From NCBI GenBank assembly GCA_050290185.1, contig JBNKHE010000003.1:270729-334728 (forward strand): 64,000 nucleotides of DNA, in the 5' to 3' direction. Source of the DNA: Pontiella sp. Lineage in GTDB: Bacteria; Verrucomicrobiota; Kiritimatiellia; Kiritimatiellales; Pontiellaceae. The notes under the pieces were generated by a model. The model ran no database searches and was not told the origin of the DNA. It saw nothing but the letters and a program-made list of their open reading frames with translations. The translations under genes were made by a program, and so were the position numbers. Positions 1-10,363 of the stretch are shown here, piece by piece. Each line of letters opens with the position of its first letter. The stretch's first letter is position 1.

Positions 1-568
1 CCGCCAGCAGATCAAGGGCCTTTTGCATCTCTCCAAGTTTGAAGTATACCATGCCCAGGGGAACTTTAACCCCTTCCAGATCGGGAACGATTTCCATGGC
101 CTGCTCATAATACTGGGCGGCTTGTTTGTAGGCTTCCTGGTTGCTTTTTCCTAGCTCGATGGCCTGTTCTGCCATGATGATGTTAAACGCGGCTTTCTTC
201 AGCCATGCCGTATTGAAAGGGCGCTCTCCTTCGCCGTTCCAGGTCGGATCGGCGTAGCTTCGGTTGAGGTCTAAAACCCATTGTGCTTCGGTGGGGAGTG
301 AGTGGCGTGGTATATACTCCTGGGCAATCGGGGTTGGTGTAGTGCTTTCCTTCAGGATGCCGATGTATTCCTTGACTACAACGAAAACCAGTGCCACAAG
401 CAGTGCAAGGACGATTATCCCTAGTATGAAGCTGGTGAACTGGTGTCGCCGGATTTCACGCTTGCGCTCTTCGATGATCTCGCTCGAGACCTGCGGGGTA
501 AAATCATCCCTCTTGGTGTGGTCGGTTGCGTAAATATCCTGCAGATGTTGCCGGTTTCCTGAATCCAT
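1..568 (-). CDS. Membrane-anchored TPR protein (partial, runs off window start)
   Basis: Manual translation from ATG 568: MDSGNRQ...FILGIIVLALLVALVFVVV (TM)...AAQYYEQAMEIVPD..VPLGMVYFKLGEMQKALDLLA (TPR-like); no stop before position 1. Confidence 0.75.
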   Translation of the reverse strand, partial: MDSGNRQHLQDIYATDHTKRDDFTPQVSSEIIEERKREIRRHQFTSFILGIIVLALLVALVFVVVKEYIGILKESTTPTPIAQEYIPRHSLPTEAQWVLDLNRSYADPTWNGEGERPFNTAWLKKAAFNIIMAEQAIELGKSNQEAYKQAAQYYEQAMEIVPDLEGVKVPLGMVYFKLGEMQKALDLLA

Positions 569-800
569 ATAATCATTCCTGTTCGATTGGGCGTATAGCA
601 TCCAATTCTCCATATCAAGATATGGAATGCAATCCAAATGTGCCTGCCGCTTTGCAATCGCCTGCCCGTATACACGGCAAGTTTCCTTCAGTTTTTCGTC
701 CAAATTCGCAGCCGGTTGGTGTTATAAGCATACGCTTTAAACACGGTTGTGAATCCGGTTTTCCGCATTGTGGAATACCGATCTGAAAGAAGGAAGAAAC

Positions 801-1886
801 ATGTCGAGTACGATAGGAACACTTTTCAAGGTATCTACATTCGGGGAATCGCACGGGAAAGCCGTGGGCGCGATTGTCGATGGCTGTCCGGCCAATCTGG
901 AGCTGAGCGAGGCGGATCTTCAGCCGCAGCTGACGCGGCGTCGTCCCGGCCAGAGCGATATGACCACCCCTCGCGAAGAGGCCGACCTAGTCACTATTCT
1001 TTCCGGCGTTGAAAACGGCAAGACGCTGGGAACGCCTATCGGCTTGATGGTCAATAACAAGGATCAGCGCCCGGGCGACTATGGTGAAATGAGCGACGTT
1101 CCACGGCCGTCGCACGCCGACTACACTTATCAGATGAAATACGGAAACCGCGCATCCAGCGGTGGCGGACGCTCCAGCGCGCGCGAAACCATCGGTCGTG
1201 TGGCCGCCGGCGCCATCGCGGAAAAATGGCTTTTTGAAAAATTCGGCACCAAAATCATATCCTGGGTCAGTACTGTTGGTGATATCGATGCGCGCGATAT
1301 GAGTGCCGAAAGCCTTACACGCGAACAGATCGACGCCAATATTATCCGCTGTCCCGACGAGGCCGCCGCCGCAAAAATGATTGAGTTGGTCAAGGCAACG
1401 CGGGACCGCAAGGATTCCGTGGGCGGTATCCTGACTTGCGTAGCTGAAAATATTCCGGTCGGTCTGGGGGAACCGGTTTTCGAGCGGATGGAGGCCAAGC
1501 TTGCGCAGGCCATGCTCTCAATTCCAGCAACCAAGGGCTTTGAAATCGGCTCCGGGTTTGGCGGCGCGCGCATGTTTGGATCGCAGCACAACGATCCCTA
1601 CGAGATGAAGGCCGATGGCCGTCTGGGAACCGTGACCAATTTCAGCGGCGGGGTGCAGGGTGGCATCTCCAACGGCGAACCGATCGTTTTCCGTATCGCC
1701 TTCAAGCCGCCGGCCACGATCGGGCTCGCGCAGGAAACCTCGACGTTCCAGGGCGAGGCAACCGTGCTGGAGGCCAAGGGCCGTCACGATCCCTGTGTTG
1801 TGCCGCGCGCCGTGCCCATTGTTGAGACTATGACGGCGCTGGTACTGATGGATTTTGTATTGCGCCAGAATTACCGCAATGCCTAG
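801..1886 (+). CDS. aroC: Chorismate synthase
   Basis: [41 protein letters not shown] motifs; ATG 801 after a purine-rich RBS. Confidence 0.97.
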   Translation: MSSTIGTLFKVSTFGESHGKAVGAIVDGCPANLELSEADLQPQLTRRRPGQSDMTTPREEADLVTILSGVENGKTLGTPIGLMVNNKDQRPGDYGEMSDVPRPSHADYTYQMKYGNRASSGGGRSSARETIGRVAAGAIAEKWLFEKFGTKIISWVSTVGDIDARDMSAESLTREQIDANIIRCPDEAAAAKMIELVKATRDRKDSVGGILTCVAENIPVGLGEPVFERMEAKLAQAMLSIPATKGFEIGSGFGGARMFGSQHNDPYEMKADGRLGTVTNFSGGVQGGISNGEPIVFRIAFKPPATIGLAQETSTFQGEATVLEAKGRHDPCVVPRAVPIVETMTALVLMDFVLRQNYRNA

Positions 1887-1888
1887 CC

Positions 1889-2218
1889 ATGATTAGCGGA
1901 GCGTTCCAACTCGCCTTCATCGGCCCGGGCGGCCCCGAAATTCTCGTGGTCATGCTTGCGTTGCTGCTCATGTTCGGCGCCAAGGATGCGCCACGCGTTT
2001 TTAGAAAACTCAACGACATCCTCAACCAGATCCGCAGCACGGCGGAAAGCTTTAAGCGCGAAGTGATGTATGGCGATTTGACTCCCGAACCACACGCCGA
2101 AAACGACATCGGCGAATACGAAGACTACGGTTTGGGGGTTGATGAGGATTCGGACGAGACCGGCCATGATGCACCCGTCGATGCGGAAGAAGAGGGGGGC
2201 GATGATAAACCCGTTTAA
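1889..2218 (+). CDS. tatB: Twin-arginine translocase TatA/TatB-family subunit (TatB-like)
   Basis: GGPEILVVMLALLLMFGAKDAP TM-hinge-amphipathic helix with acidic tail; directly upstream of tatC. Confidence 0.75.
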   Translation: MISGAFQLAFIGPGGPEILVVMLALLLMFGAKDAPRVFRKLNDILNQIRSTAESFKREVMYGDLTPEPHAENDIGEYEDYGLGVDEDSDETGHDAPVDAEEEGGDDKPV

Positions 2219-3152
2219 ATCGCTCAAGCACCGATTCAGCTACGACGATAGCGAAATGCCGTTCCTCGACCATCTCGAGGAATTCCGAAAGATGGTCATC
2301 CGCTCGTTCGTTGTGTTGTTGCTCGGTATGGTGGTTTGTCTGCCCTTTGCGGACCACTTGATCATGCTGCTGCGCGCCCCGGCTGAACCGTATATCGAAA
2401 AAAATGCGGAGGAGACTTTGGGCTCGACGGCTTTCCAACTGAAGATTCCGGCGACAGCGCTGGAAGGCGGTGCGGACAGCAACGGGTACTACCGGGTTGA
2501 CGCCGATGTCGTGGCGCCGGAAGAGCGTGCTTCCAGCCATGGGGTTATCCGCCTGCAGTTTTCCGAGCCGTCCGCCGCTTTCAAGATGTGGATGAGCGCG
2601 TCCTTCTTTGGCGGTCTGCTGCTGAGTCTGCCCTTTCTTGTTTTTATCATCGGATCGTTTGTCATGCCGGGCATCAAGAATGCCGAACGGAGGATGATGA
2701 CACGCATCTCGCTCTTTTCCGGCGTGCTGTTCGTGGTGGGCATTACGATGGGCTACCGGATCACCCTGCCGCTGGCGCTGGGGCTGATGTTAAAATTCGG
2801 CGGTGCACTCGGCGGCGAGTCGATCTGGTTCTACAGCAAGTACATTGCCTTTGCCCTCCAGCTGCTGCTGGGCTTCGGGCTTGCGTTCCAGCTTCCCGTC
2901 GTCATTCTGATCCTCGGCAAGATGGGACTCGTCAATGCCCGTCAACTGCGCGAAAAAAGGCGGCATGTGATTGTAGGGCTCCTGATTGTCGCCATGCTCC
3001 TGACTCCGCCGGATATCATGACTCAGGTGCTGATGGCGGCTCCCTTGATTTTACTCTACGAGTTCTGTATATGGTTTCTTTACTTTAGCGGAAACCGGGG
3101 CAGTGTCTCCAGTACGGGAATGTCGCACGATTCATCGGATGCGGAAGACTAA
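2202..3152 (+). CDS. tatC: Twin-arginine translocase TatC
   Basis: MPFLDHLEEFRK, FGLAFQLP, LLTPPDIMTQ, LYEFCI; multiple TM helices. Confidence 0.95.
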   Translation: MINPFKSLKHRFSYDDSEMPFLDHLEEFRKMVIRSFVVLLLGMVVCLPFADHLIMLLRAPAEPYIEKNAEETLGSTAFQLKIPATALEGGADSNGYYRVDADVVAPEERASSHGVIRLQFSEPSAAFKMWMSASFFGGLLLSLPFLVFIIGSFVMPGIKNAERRMMTRISLFSGVLFVVGITMGYRITLPLALGLMLKFGGALGGESIWFYSKYIAFALQLLLGFGLAFQLPVVILILGKMGLVNARQLREKRRHVIVGLLIVAMLLTPPDIMTQVLMAAPLILLYEFCIWFLYFSGNRGSVSSTGMSHDSSDAED

Positions 3153-3180
3153 ACGAAAGACCTAAACGAGGAATAGGGAT

Positions 3181-3411
3181 ATGTATACATTGGGGATTGG
3201 AATGCCGGGCCAGTCGGAAGTGCTGTTGATCATTTTCATCATTCTGTTGCTGTTCGGTGCCAAGAAGCTTCCCGAGCTGTCGCGCTCGCTCGGCAAGAGT
3301 CTTGGCGAATTCAAGAAGGGCCAGCAGGAAGGTGCCGAGCCCGAGAAAAAAGAAGATAACGAAGACGTCGCCGCCTCCGCTCTGGAGGAGCCGGAAAAGA
3401 AAGACGACTAA
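3181..3411 (+). CDS. tatA: Twin-arginine translocase TatA
   Basis: LLLFGAKKLPELSRSLGKSLGEFKKG. Confidence 0.93.
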   Translation: MYTLGIGMPGQSEVLLIIFIILLLFGAKKLPELSRSLGKSLGEFKKGQQEGAEPEKKEDNEDVAASALEEPEKKDD

Positions 3412-3484
3412 CCCAGTCGACGCCGATTCCTGAGATTGATTAATGTGGCGAACGGCATGTTGTCGTGGCCAACGAGAGGACCCC

Positions 3485-4321
3485 ATGAGCGACCGCATGC
3501 ATGTAGAACTTACGCCCGAAGAGGAGAAGGAAAATTCCAATGCGGTCATTGCCCATGTTCTGCCGTTCGCCATTTGGCTGACGATGATGGTGTGGGTCGA
3601 CGGCTACAACGCCCGCACGATCGGCGGGCTGGTTCTGCTGGCGATCTTCCGTCCATGGCGCTGGTATCCGAAACTGAACTTCAAGAATATTCCTGCCGCC
3701 ATCGGGGTGGGGATTTTGATTTTCTTTGTCTGGGTAGGGTTCGAAACCCCGTGGATGGCCGAGAATGCTCCCGCCGTCACCGAATGGTACGACCGCCTCT
3801 TTGTCGACCTGACCCATCCCTTCAAAACCCGCGAACTGTTCGAGATTCCGCTATCCGTGGAATTGCCGGAGGTAAAGCAGAACATCGCCATGGGCGTGGA
3901 GAACGCCCAGCGGACCAAGCTCCCGTTCGAGGTTGTCGAGAAAGGCGAACACGCCGGCCTGCACATGTACGACCCGCGCGTTACCGGGCCGTTCGCCTTC
4001 TGGATGCATATGTTCGGCACAACCGTCGTCATCGCCATTATCGAGGAATTCTTTTTCCGCGGCTTCCTCTACCGCTGGATGCAGGGCAGCCCGTTTTTTA
4101 AGATCGATGCCGGCAAGCTCCATTGGCCGATGCTTCTGCTCATCTCCGCCTTTTTTGGCGTCGAGCACTTCGAGTGGATGGCCGGAATTATCTGCGGCAT
4201 CGCCTTCGGTTTGCTCTACATCAAGACCCGCGACATCTGGGCCGCCATCATCGCCCATGCTACCACCAACTTCATACTCGGGCTCTATGTCATCAAATAC
4301 AACGCCTACCAGTTCTGGTAG
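3485..4321 (+). CDS. CPBP/Abi (CAAX prenyl protease-like) intramembrane metalloprotease
   Basis: EEFFFRG, FGVEH, AHATTN motifs; multiple TMs. Confidence 0.88.
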   Translation: MSDRMHVELTPEEEKENSNAVIAHVLPFAIWLTMMVWVDGYNARTIGGLVLLAIFRPWRWYPKLNFKNIPAAIGVGILIFFVWVGFETPWMAENAPAVTEWYDRLFVDLTHPFKTRELFEIPLSVELPEVKQNIAMGVENAQRTKLPFEVVEKGEHAGLHMYDPRVTGPFAFWMHMFGTTVVIAIIEEFFFRGFLYRWMQGSPFFKIDAGKLHWPMLLLISAFFGVEHFEWMAGIICGIAFGLLYIKTRDIWAAIIAHATTNFILGLYVIKYNAYQFW

Positions 4322-4406
4322 AATCCAGAAGCTCGCCCTGTATCTTTTCAAAACGGCTTGCCACGGCTCCAATCCCTGACCTATATTGCCGCTCCTTTCT
4401 TAAAGC

Positions 4407-4483
<77 letters not shown>

Positions 4484-4514
4484 TTTTTCACTGGTGACCC
4501 GATTGGGATAGAAC

Positions 4515-6755
4515 CTATTTTTTCCGGCTGAGGATGGGGTAGAAAACAAGCCGGGGGCAGAGGAAGACGGCCGCGAGTGTTATGGAAAGTCCGACGATTC
4601 CCTTAAGCGTTTCGGCTTGGATAAGGAATGGGATGATTATTGCTGAGCCCAGCAAAAGCCAAGTGGTTAGCAATCCCTTGAGATGGCGTCCCATGATCTG
4701 CGGTACATTGAAGAAGAGATCGAAGGCCCAGTGTTCGAGCAATGCGCCGTGTTCGCCGAAGACGGGGATGATATGAACGATACTGGTGGCGCGGCGGCTG
4801 ACAAGGAAGCGGGCCAGATGCGGATAGGTGGTGGTCATCTGCAGCGGGAAGGCGAGGTAGCCGATGTATTTTACGAACGAGAGCGGGGCGGCCACGAGAT
4901 AGTCGCGCCAGTTGCGTTCGCGGATCATCAGGAACACCACGTATAGGCCACGGCAAATGGAGCCCGGCGAAATAGGGGTGACCTGGAACAGGGCGACTAC
5001 CCCGGCAAACGCGAAAGAAGCATCACCCGTAGATCCCCCTTTGCTGATTACATAGGCCGCAACAAAAGCGCCGGTAATCACGCTGACAATCTGTGTGACG
5101 GGAATAGTACAGAAGTGAATGGCCATACTCTTGAGGTATTTGACGATGTAAGGTTCCTTGATGATGGAGACGATATGATCGTGTTCCTCCTTGGAGAGCA
5201 TGCCGTCCTTTTCACCTTCAGCGACCTGATCGAGGAACCACTTTTCACGGAATGCTTCGTCCTTGGCAAATCGGTAGATAAACTTAAAGAAGGCGACGGT
5301 GGCGTCCCAGGCGATGCGCGGCCGGATGCAGAAGCGGTGCAGCCCAATGGGCAGGATGCCGACAGTGAAGCGTTCGAGGAAGAAGAGCCCCGGATTTTCC
5401 ATCAGACGACGGGTGCGGGTTTCGTCGGTGCGACCGATGCGGTGCCATCCAATAAGTTCGTGTGCGGCGCGGGCCTTGAGTGCGGTCTTGAAGTATCCGG
5501 GTTTCGTGAAGATACTCAGGATGTGCTGGCGGAACGCTTTGCTGCCCCAGCGCTGCCGGATCATCTTGCCCAGAAGCGGAACCGCACCCAACAGGTGGAA
5601 AAACGAGAAGGTTAAGCCGCCTTTGCGAAGTTTTTCGGCGAAGGCTTCATCGACCAGATCATCAGCGAGATAGCCTTCAACGAGACCGGCTACGATGTCC
5701 ATCCGTAAGGCTTTGTCGAAGGCGGGGCGCAAGCCGTGGTGGGTGATGTCCCACAGCGAACGGCGGTAGGCACGGTCCTGGATCTTGAGTTCATCGATCA
5801 TCGGTTGCACGTCGGCAAAAACATCGGGGTGGGCGGCAACGTAGGCTTCCATTTTGGAAAGGTCGCAGCGGTCGAACTGGACAAGCGCGCCGCGTTTGAG
5901 GCCGTTGATGATCAGCTTGAAGTCGCCGGGGCTCATAGGGAGCCAGGGCAGCAGGGCGAGGCCGGCGCGGAAGTCGATGGCGCAAAGTCCGCCGTCTTCG
6001 GTGTCGGTCCGCTTCATGCAGTTGGGCTGGCTTTTCATCGTCGACCATTCATACTGGCGGGCGAATTCAGGCGCTCCCATTTCGTGCATGAGATCCACCA
6101 TGTCTGCCATAAAGCGCCGTTTTTCGACAAACTCGAGGCTTTCCGTGGACTCAATGTCGACGTTTTTCCAGTCCTTGCGAGTCGAGATGTCGCGGTCGGC
6201 TTCGAGCTTCCACATGCGGCCTTCCACCCATTCGGTGATTTCACCATAGGCATTGAGGTTGGCATCCCAGAAGGAGGCGTAGGCATCTTTGACTGCGGTT
6301 TCGCGCCCGAATTTGACGAGTCCTGCGCGGCGAACGAGTTTTTGCCAGAGGAGGCCGGCCCGGCAGGCACCATAGTTGACCTGCGAGCTGAACGGGCCTT
6401 GGAAGGCGAGCCAGTATGTAGTGTTTCGGAACCATCGTGAAAAGGCGCTGGGGGGAATAACGATCTTGATGGCGTAAAGTTTTCCAATCTCCAGCCCGGG
6501 GATGAATGTATTGTCCGGCAGATCGAGTCCCGTCAGTTTGCAACGGTAAACCTGTCCCGCAAAACCACCACCCAGAAATTTATCAATGGTCAACTCGGCT
6601 TTGCCGTGTATGGCTGGATAGACGCCGGTGATATCGATCGGCAGGACGGTGCCCGTCTCGTAGCGGGTCGGACGGTGGGGAATGTGCAGTTGTGGATCAT
6701 GGGCTTGTTGTTCAAGCTTTTTGCATAATTCGATTGAATAAATATTTTTTGCCAT
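4515..6755 (-). CDS. Uncharacterised protein with N-terminal protein-kinase-like domain and C-terminal membrane helices
   Basis: FLGGGFAGQVY (Gly loop), YAIK, EITEWVEG, AIDF; hydrophobic C-terminal third. Confidence 0.65.
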   Translation of the reverse strand: MAKNIYSIELCKKLEQQAHDPQLHIPHRPTRYETGTVLPIDITGVYPAIHGKAELTIDKFLGGGFAGQVYRCKLTGLDLPDNTFIPGLEIGKLYAIKIVIPPSAFSRWFRNTTYWLAFQGPFSSQVNYGACRAGLLWQKLVRRAGLVKFGRETAVKDAYASFWDANLNAYGEITEWVEGRMWKLEADRDISTRKDWKNVDIESTESLEFVEKRRFMADMVDLMHEMGAPEFARQYEWSTMKSQPNCMKRTDTEDGGLCAIDFRAGLALLPWLPMSPGDFKLIINGLKRGALVQFDRCDLSKMEAYVAAHPDVFADVQPMIDELKIQDRAYRRSLWDITHHGLRPAFDKALRMDIVAGLVEGYLADDLVDEAFAEKLRKGGLTFSFFHLLGAVPLLGKMIRQRWGSKAFRQHILSIFTKPGYFKTALKARAAHELIGWHRIGRTDETRTRRLMENPGLFFLERFTVGILPIGLHRFCIRPRIAWDATVAFFKFIYRFAKDEAFREKWFLDQVAEGEKDGMLSKEEHDHIVSIIKEPYIVKYLKSMAIHFCTIPVTQIVSVITGAFVAAYVISKGGSTGDASFAFAGVVALFQVTPISPGSICRGLYVVFLMIRERNWRDYLVAAPLSFVKYIGYLAFPLQMTTTYPHLARFLVSRRATSIVHIIPVFGEHGALLEHWAFDLFFNVPQIMGRHLKGLLTTWLLLGSAIIIPFLIQAETLKGIVGLSITLAAVFLCPRLVFYPILSRKK

Positions 6756-6911
6756 TGGTTCCCTGGGATCTAGCCGTTGAAAGAGCTGGGAGCTTGCCAA
6801 AACGACTATGGGAAAACAAACCCTATGAGGATCAAAAGGTTGGCTGCTGGAATGGCGGGCGATTCATTCATAAATTCACTTGCGCACCTCCATGAGTTGA
6901 AGCATATTCCA

Positions 6912-7035
6912 GCGATCTTCAGGGCAGGGTGAAATTCCCGACCGGCGGTAAAAGTCCGCGAGTTTTTCCGATTCGGAAGGACACGATGCAGTGAAATTCT
7001 GCAACCGACAGTAAAGTCTGGATGAGAGAAGATGA
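6912..7035 (+). promoter_or_regulatory. FMN riboswitch (RFN element)
   Basis: ATCTTCAGGGCAGGGTGAAATTCCCGACCGGCGGT...GTGAAATTC..CCGACAGTAAAGTCTGGATGAGAGAAGAT consensus upstream of ribBA. Confidence 0.96.
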
Positions 7036-7063
7036 CTACACGCATTGCTGTGTTCGTAAAATG

Positions 7064-7099
7064 CCCTGAAGACGTATGTTCTTTAGGGTTTTTGTTTTT
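7064..7099 (+). terminator. Riboswitch-controlled intrinsic terminator
   Basis: CCCTGAAGA-loop-TCTTTAGGG followed by TTTTTGTTTTT. Confidence 0.85.
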
Positions 7100-7110
7100 C
7101 AGGAGCAGTT

Positions 7111-8316
7111 ATGAGCGAAAAAATATTCGATCCGATCGAGGATGTGATCGAAGCATTCCGCAAGGGTGAAATCATCGTAATGACCGATGATGAACAGCGG
7201 GAAAACGAGGGTGATTTAATCTGCGCCGCGGAAAAGGCCACTCCCGAGATCATCAATTTCATGGTCACCTATGCCCGCGGGCTGGTGTGCGTCCCCATGG
7301 AGGAAGACCAGCTTAGGCACCTTGGTTTGTCGCACATGGTACCGGCTCATTCCTCGGATAAATACCATACGGCATTCATGGATTCGGTCGATGTCCGCAA
7401 GGATACGACCACGGGAATCAGTGCCGCCGACCGGGCCCATACCGTGCAGGCATTAATTTCTGATTCCAGCGAAGCGGCCGATTTCATCAAGCCCGGCCAC
7501 ATGTTCCCTCTCAAAGCGGTACCCGGTGGTGTGCTCGAACGCGCCGGCCATACCGAGGGCACGGTTGATCTGGCCCGTATTTGCGGCCTCAAGCCCGCCG
7601 GGGTGATCTGCGAAATTCTGCGCGATGACGGCGATATGATGAGACTGGAGGAACTTCGTAAGTTTGCGGATACGCATGGGCTTAAAATGACCGCTGTTTC
7701 CGAGGTTGCGAAATACCGCTACACCCACGAAAAGCTCATTCATTTGGAACGGGAAATCAGCATGCCGACGGATGCCGGCCCGTTCCGGCTGAAACTCTAC
7801 AGCTCTGCCGTGGATCAAAAAGATCATCTGGCTCTGGTCTGCGGTGATGCATCTACGGGAAAGGTTCCGCTTGTGCGCGTGCACAGCGAGTGCCTGACCG
7901 GTGATGTCTTCCATTCCATGCGGTGCGACTGTGGTGCCCAGCTGCACGCTGCCATGTTTGCTGTGCAAAAACATGGATATGGCGCGATCGTCTACATGCG
8001 GCAGGAGGGCCGTGGCATAGGGCTGGCTAAGAAGCTTCATGCCTACGAATTGCAGGAAAAGGGCATGGATACCGTCGAAGCCAACGAGCATCTGGGCTTT
8101 GGCGCCGACCTGCGCGACTATGGAATCGGCGCCCAGATTCTGGAAGATCTCGGCATGATGAAGATCAACCTGCTTACCAATAATCCTGCCAAGATAGAAG
8201 GCCTCGACAAGTATGGCATCGAAATCAACGAGCGCATGCCTCTGGTACTCCCGCCGTCTGAACACAACGAAAACTATCTGGCGACCAAGCGCGACAAGAT
8301 GGGGCATATTATTTAA
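7111..8316 (+). CDS. ribBA: Bifunctional DHBP synthase / GTP cyclohydrolase II
   Basis: [40 protein letters not shown]. Confidence 0.97.
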   Translation: MSEKIFDPIEDVIEAFRKGEIIVMTDDEQRENEGDLICAAEKATPEIINFMVTYARGLVCVPMEEDQLRHLGLSHMVPAHSSDKYHTAFMDSVDVRKDTTTGISAADRAHTVQALISDSSEAADFIKPGHMFPLKAVPGGVLERAGHTEGTVDLARICGLKPAGVICEILRDDGDMMRLEELRKFADTHGLKMTAVSEVAKYRYTHEKLIHLEREISMPTDAGPFRLKLYSSAVDQKDHLALVCGDASTGKVPLVRVHSECLTGDVFHSMRCDCGAQLHAAMFAVQKHGYGAIVYMRQEGRGIGLAKKLHAYELQEKGMDTVEANEHLGFGADLRDYGIGAQILEDLGMMKINLLTNNPAKIEGLDKYGIEINERMPLVLPPSEHNENYLATKRDKMGHII

Positions 8317-8363
8317 TGACAAGTGATTCGTGATAAGGCGTGCTTCACGTTTCAAGCGTCACG
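8316..8363. repeat. Heptamer tandem-repeat element (TGA-heptads followed by inverted TCA-heptads)
   Basis: ATGACAA GTGATTC GTGATAA ... TCACGTT TCAAGCG TCACG. Confidence 0.55.
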
Positions 8364-8376
8364 AACGGAGTGAATT

Positions 8377-8886
8377 ATGGGAAAAGGAATTTCCAGCGAG
8401 ATCGGAAAGATCGGGGGCATTGGGGCGCGGCAGGTTACGGGATCGCTGGACGCATCGGGGATGCGTTTCGGAATCGTGGTCAGCCGCTTCAACGATGAGT
8501 TGACCAATGTGCTTGCGATGAGTGCCTGCCAGTGCCTTGAAAAGTACGGCGCCAGTCCGGAAACCATCGATCTTGTTCGTGTTCCGGGGGCTTACGAAAT
8601 CCCCGTGGTGGCCGATAAAATGGCGGCGAGCAAACGCTATGATGCTTTGATTGTGCTAGGGGTGGTCGTCGAGGGCGAAACCCAGCATGCGCAGATGATC
8701 ATCGACACCACCGGACAGAGTATACTGGATATCGCCTGCCGCCATCAGATTCCGGTCATTAATGAAATTGTGGGGGTGCGCAGCTGGGCTCAGGCCGAGG
8801 CGCGTTGTCTGGGCGGGGAAAATACACGCGGCTGGTATGCCGCCGAGGCGGCTATTGAAACCGCACGGGTATACAAACAACTCTAA
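8377..8886 (+). CDS. ribH: 6,7-dimethyl-8-ribityllumazine synthase
   Basis: IVVSRFN, VPGAYEIP, GETQH; rib operon context. Confidence 0.92.
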   Translation: MGKGISSEIGKIGGIGARQVTGSLDASGMRFGIVVSRFNDELTNVLAMSACQCLEKYGASPETIDLVRVPGAYEIPVVADKMAASKRYDALIVLGVVVEGETQHAQMIIDTTGQSILDIACRHQIPVINEIVGVRSWAQAEARCLGGENTRGWYAAEAAIETARVYKQL

Positions 8887-8987
8887 CCATTTAGATTTTT
8901 GAATTCCGGTTTCCGGTTCTTGGGTCTGCGACAACGTTCGTATAGCGTGCAGGAATTGGATGTAGGATTTCCTCAATTGGATTATTT

Positions 8988-9446
8988 ATGCAGAAGAAAA
9001 AAGTCAACGGACGTCGCGAAACACGTGAATGGATCATGCAGTTTCTGTTTCAGCTCGATTTCAATCCCGAGCCGATCGATATCGCTCTGAAGGATTTCTG
9101 GGAAGAGAAGGATCCCAGCGATCGCGAAAAGAACTACGCCGAAGAAATTATCAAGGGCGTGGTACAGCATAAGCAAGAACTGGATGAGCGGCTCTCGGAA
9201 TATGCCAACCGCTGGAACTCCGACCGCATGGGGGCCGTTGACCGCGCCGTGATGCGCGTGGCCTTGTTTGAGATGCTCTATCGCGAGGATGTTCCGCCCG
9301 TGGTGTCGATCAACGAGGCCGTCCATTTCGCCAAGGATTTCAGCAGCTTCCAGTCCGGCCGATTCGTTAATGGTGTACTGGACCGCATCCGCAAGGAAAT
9401 CGACCGCCCGGCGCGTACTACCTACAAACCCAAGGGACAGAACTAA
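8988..9446 (+). CDS. nusB: Transcription antitermination factor NusB
   Basis: RRETRE, VDRAVMR, VSINEAV, FVNGVLD. Confidence 0.96.
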   Translation: MQKKKVNGRRETREWIMQFLFQLDFNPEPIDIALKDFWEEKDPSDREKNYAEEIIKGVVQHKQELDERLSEYANRWNSDRMGAVDRAVMRVALFEMLYREDVPPVVSINEAVHFAKDFSSFQSGRFVNGVLDRIRKEIDRPARTTYKPKGQN

Positions 9447-10348
9447 TGGCGGGTTGGTTTGGCGCTCTGTCTAAAACGCGGAGTATTCTGCAGAAGGTGT
9501 TTTCTTCTGGTGTGGGAGATGCCGGTGAACTCGATGTCGAGGAGTTGGAGGAAATCCTGCTGCGGTCGGATGTGCCGGCACGTCTGACCATGGAGATTGT
9601 CGACAAGCTGGAATCGGCATCGCGTAAAGTATCGCGCAAGGATCTTCTCCGGGATTTGCTGACGGATGCCCTGGGCGAAGCCCAACCGTTTGTTTGGCCG
9701 GCGGGCAAGGATCCCTATGTCGTCATGCTGCTGGGCGTCAACGGATCAGGGAAAACGACGACCGCGGCCAAGCTTGCCAAAAAAGCTTTAGGCGAAGGAC
9801 TCAAGCCTTTGCTCTGTGGATCCGACACCTTTCGTGCCGCCGGCTCGTCCCAGCTCAAACTGTGGAGCGAACGGGTCGGGTGCGATTTTGTCGGCGGCGA
9901 AATGGGCCACGATGCCGCGGGCGTTGCGTTCAACGCCGTCGATTCCGCCCTCGAAAAGAATTGTGGCGTGGTATTGGTCGACACCGCCGGGCGAATGCAC
10001 ACCAAAACACCGCTGATGGATGAATTGCCGAAGATGTGCCGCTCCATGAACAAGTGTTTACAGGGCGCACCACATGATGTCTGGATGGTGCTTGATGCTT
10101 CCCTCGGCCAGAATGCCATCATTCAGGCCAAGCAGTTTAATGCGGTTGTGCCGCTGACCGGAATTGTCGTTACCAAACTAGACGGTTCCTCCAAAGCCGG
10201 GTTTCTTTTTTCCGTGAGATCCGAACTCAATGTGCCGATCCTGTTCACCGGCCTCGGCGAAGGTGAAGACGACCTTGTTCCCTTCAATGCCGGTCAATTT
10301 GTCGATGCGCTTGTTGGGGATGACGCCGGGGTGGACGAAACACGCTGA
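9446..10348 (+). CDS. ftsY: SRP receptor FtsY
   Basis: GVNGSGKTTT, DTFRAA, DTAGR, TKLDG. Confidence 0.96.
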   Translation: MAGWFGALSKTRSILQKVFSSGVGDAGELDVEELEEILLRSDVPARLTMEIVDKLESASRKVSRKDLLRDLLTDALGEAQPFVWPAGKDPYVVMLLGVNGSGKTTTAAKLAKKALGEGLKPLLCGSDTFRAAGSSQLKLWSERVGCDFVGGEMGHDAAGVAFNAVDSALEKNCGVVLVDTAGRMHTKTPLMDELPKMCRSMNKCLQGAPHDVWMVLDASLGQNAIIQAKQFNAVVPLTGIVVTKLDGSSKAGFLFSVRSELNVPILFTGLGEGEDDLVPFNAGQFVDALVGDDAGVDETR

Positions 10349-10363
10349 TTCGACCTATTTAAA

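Noticed and set aside
7453..8355. Long antisense or alternate-frame ORFs (e.g. 7453-8355, 20825-21787, 62812-63756)
   Set aside because: Shadow ORFs opposite well-supported genes, expected from GC-rich codon bias
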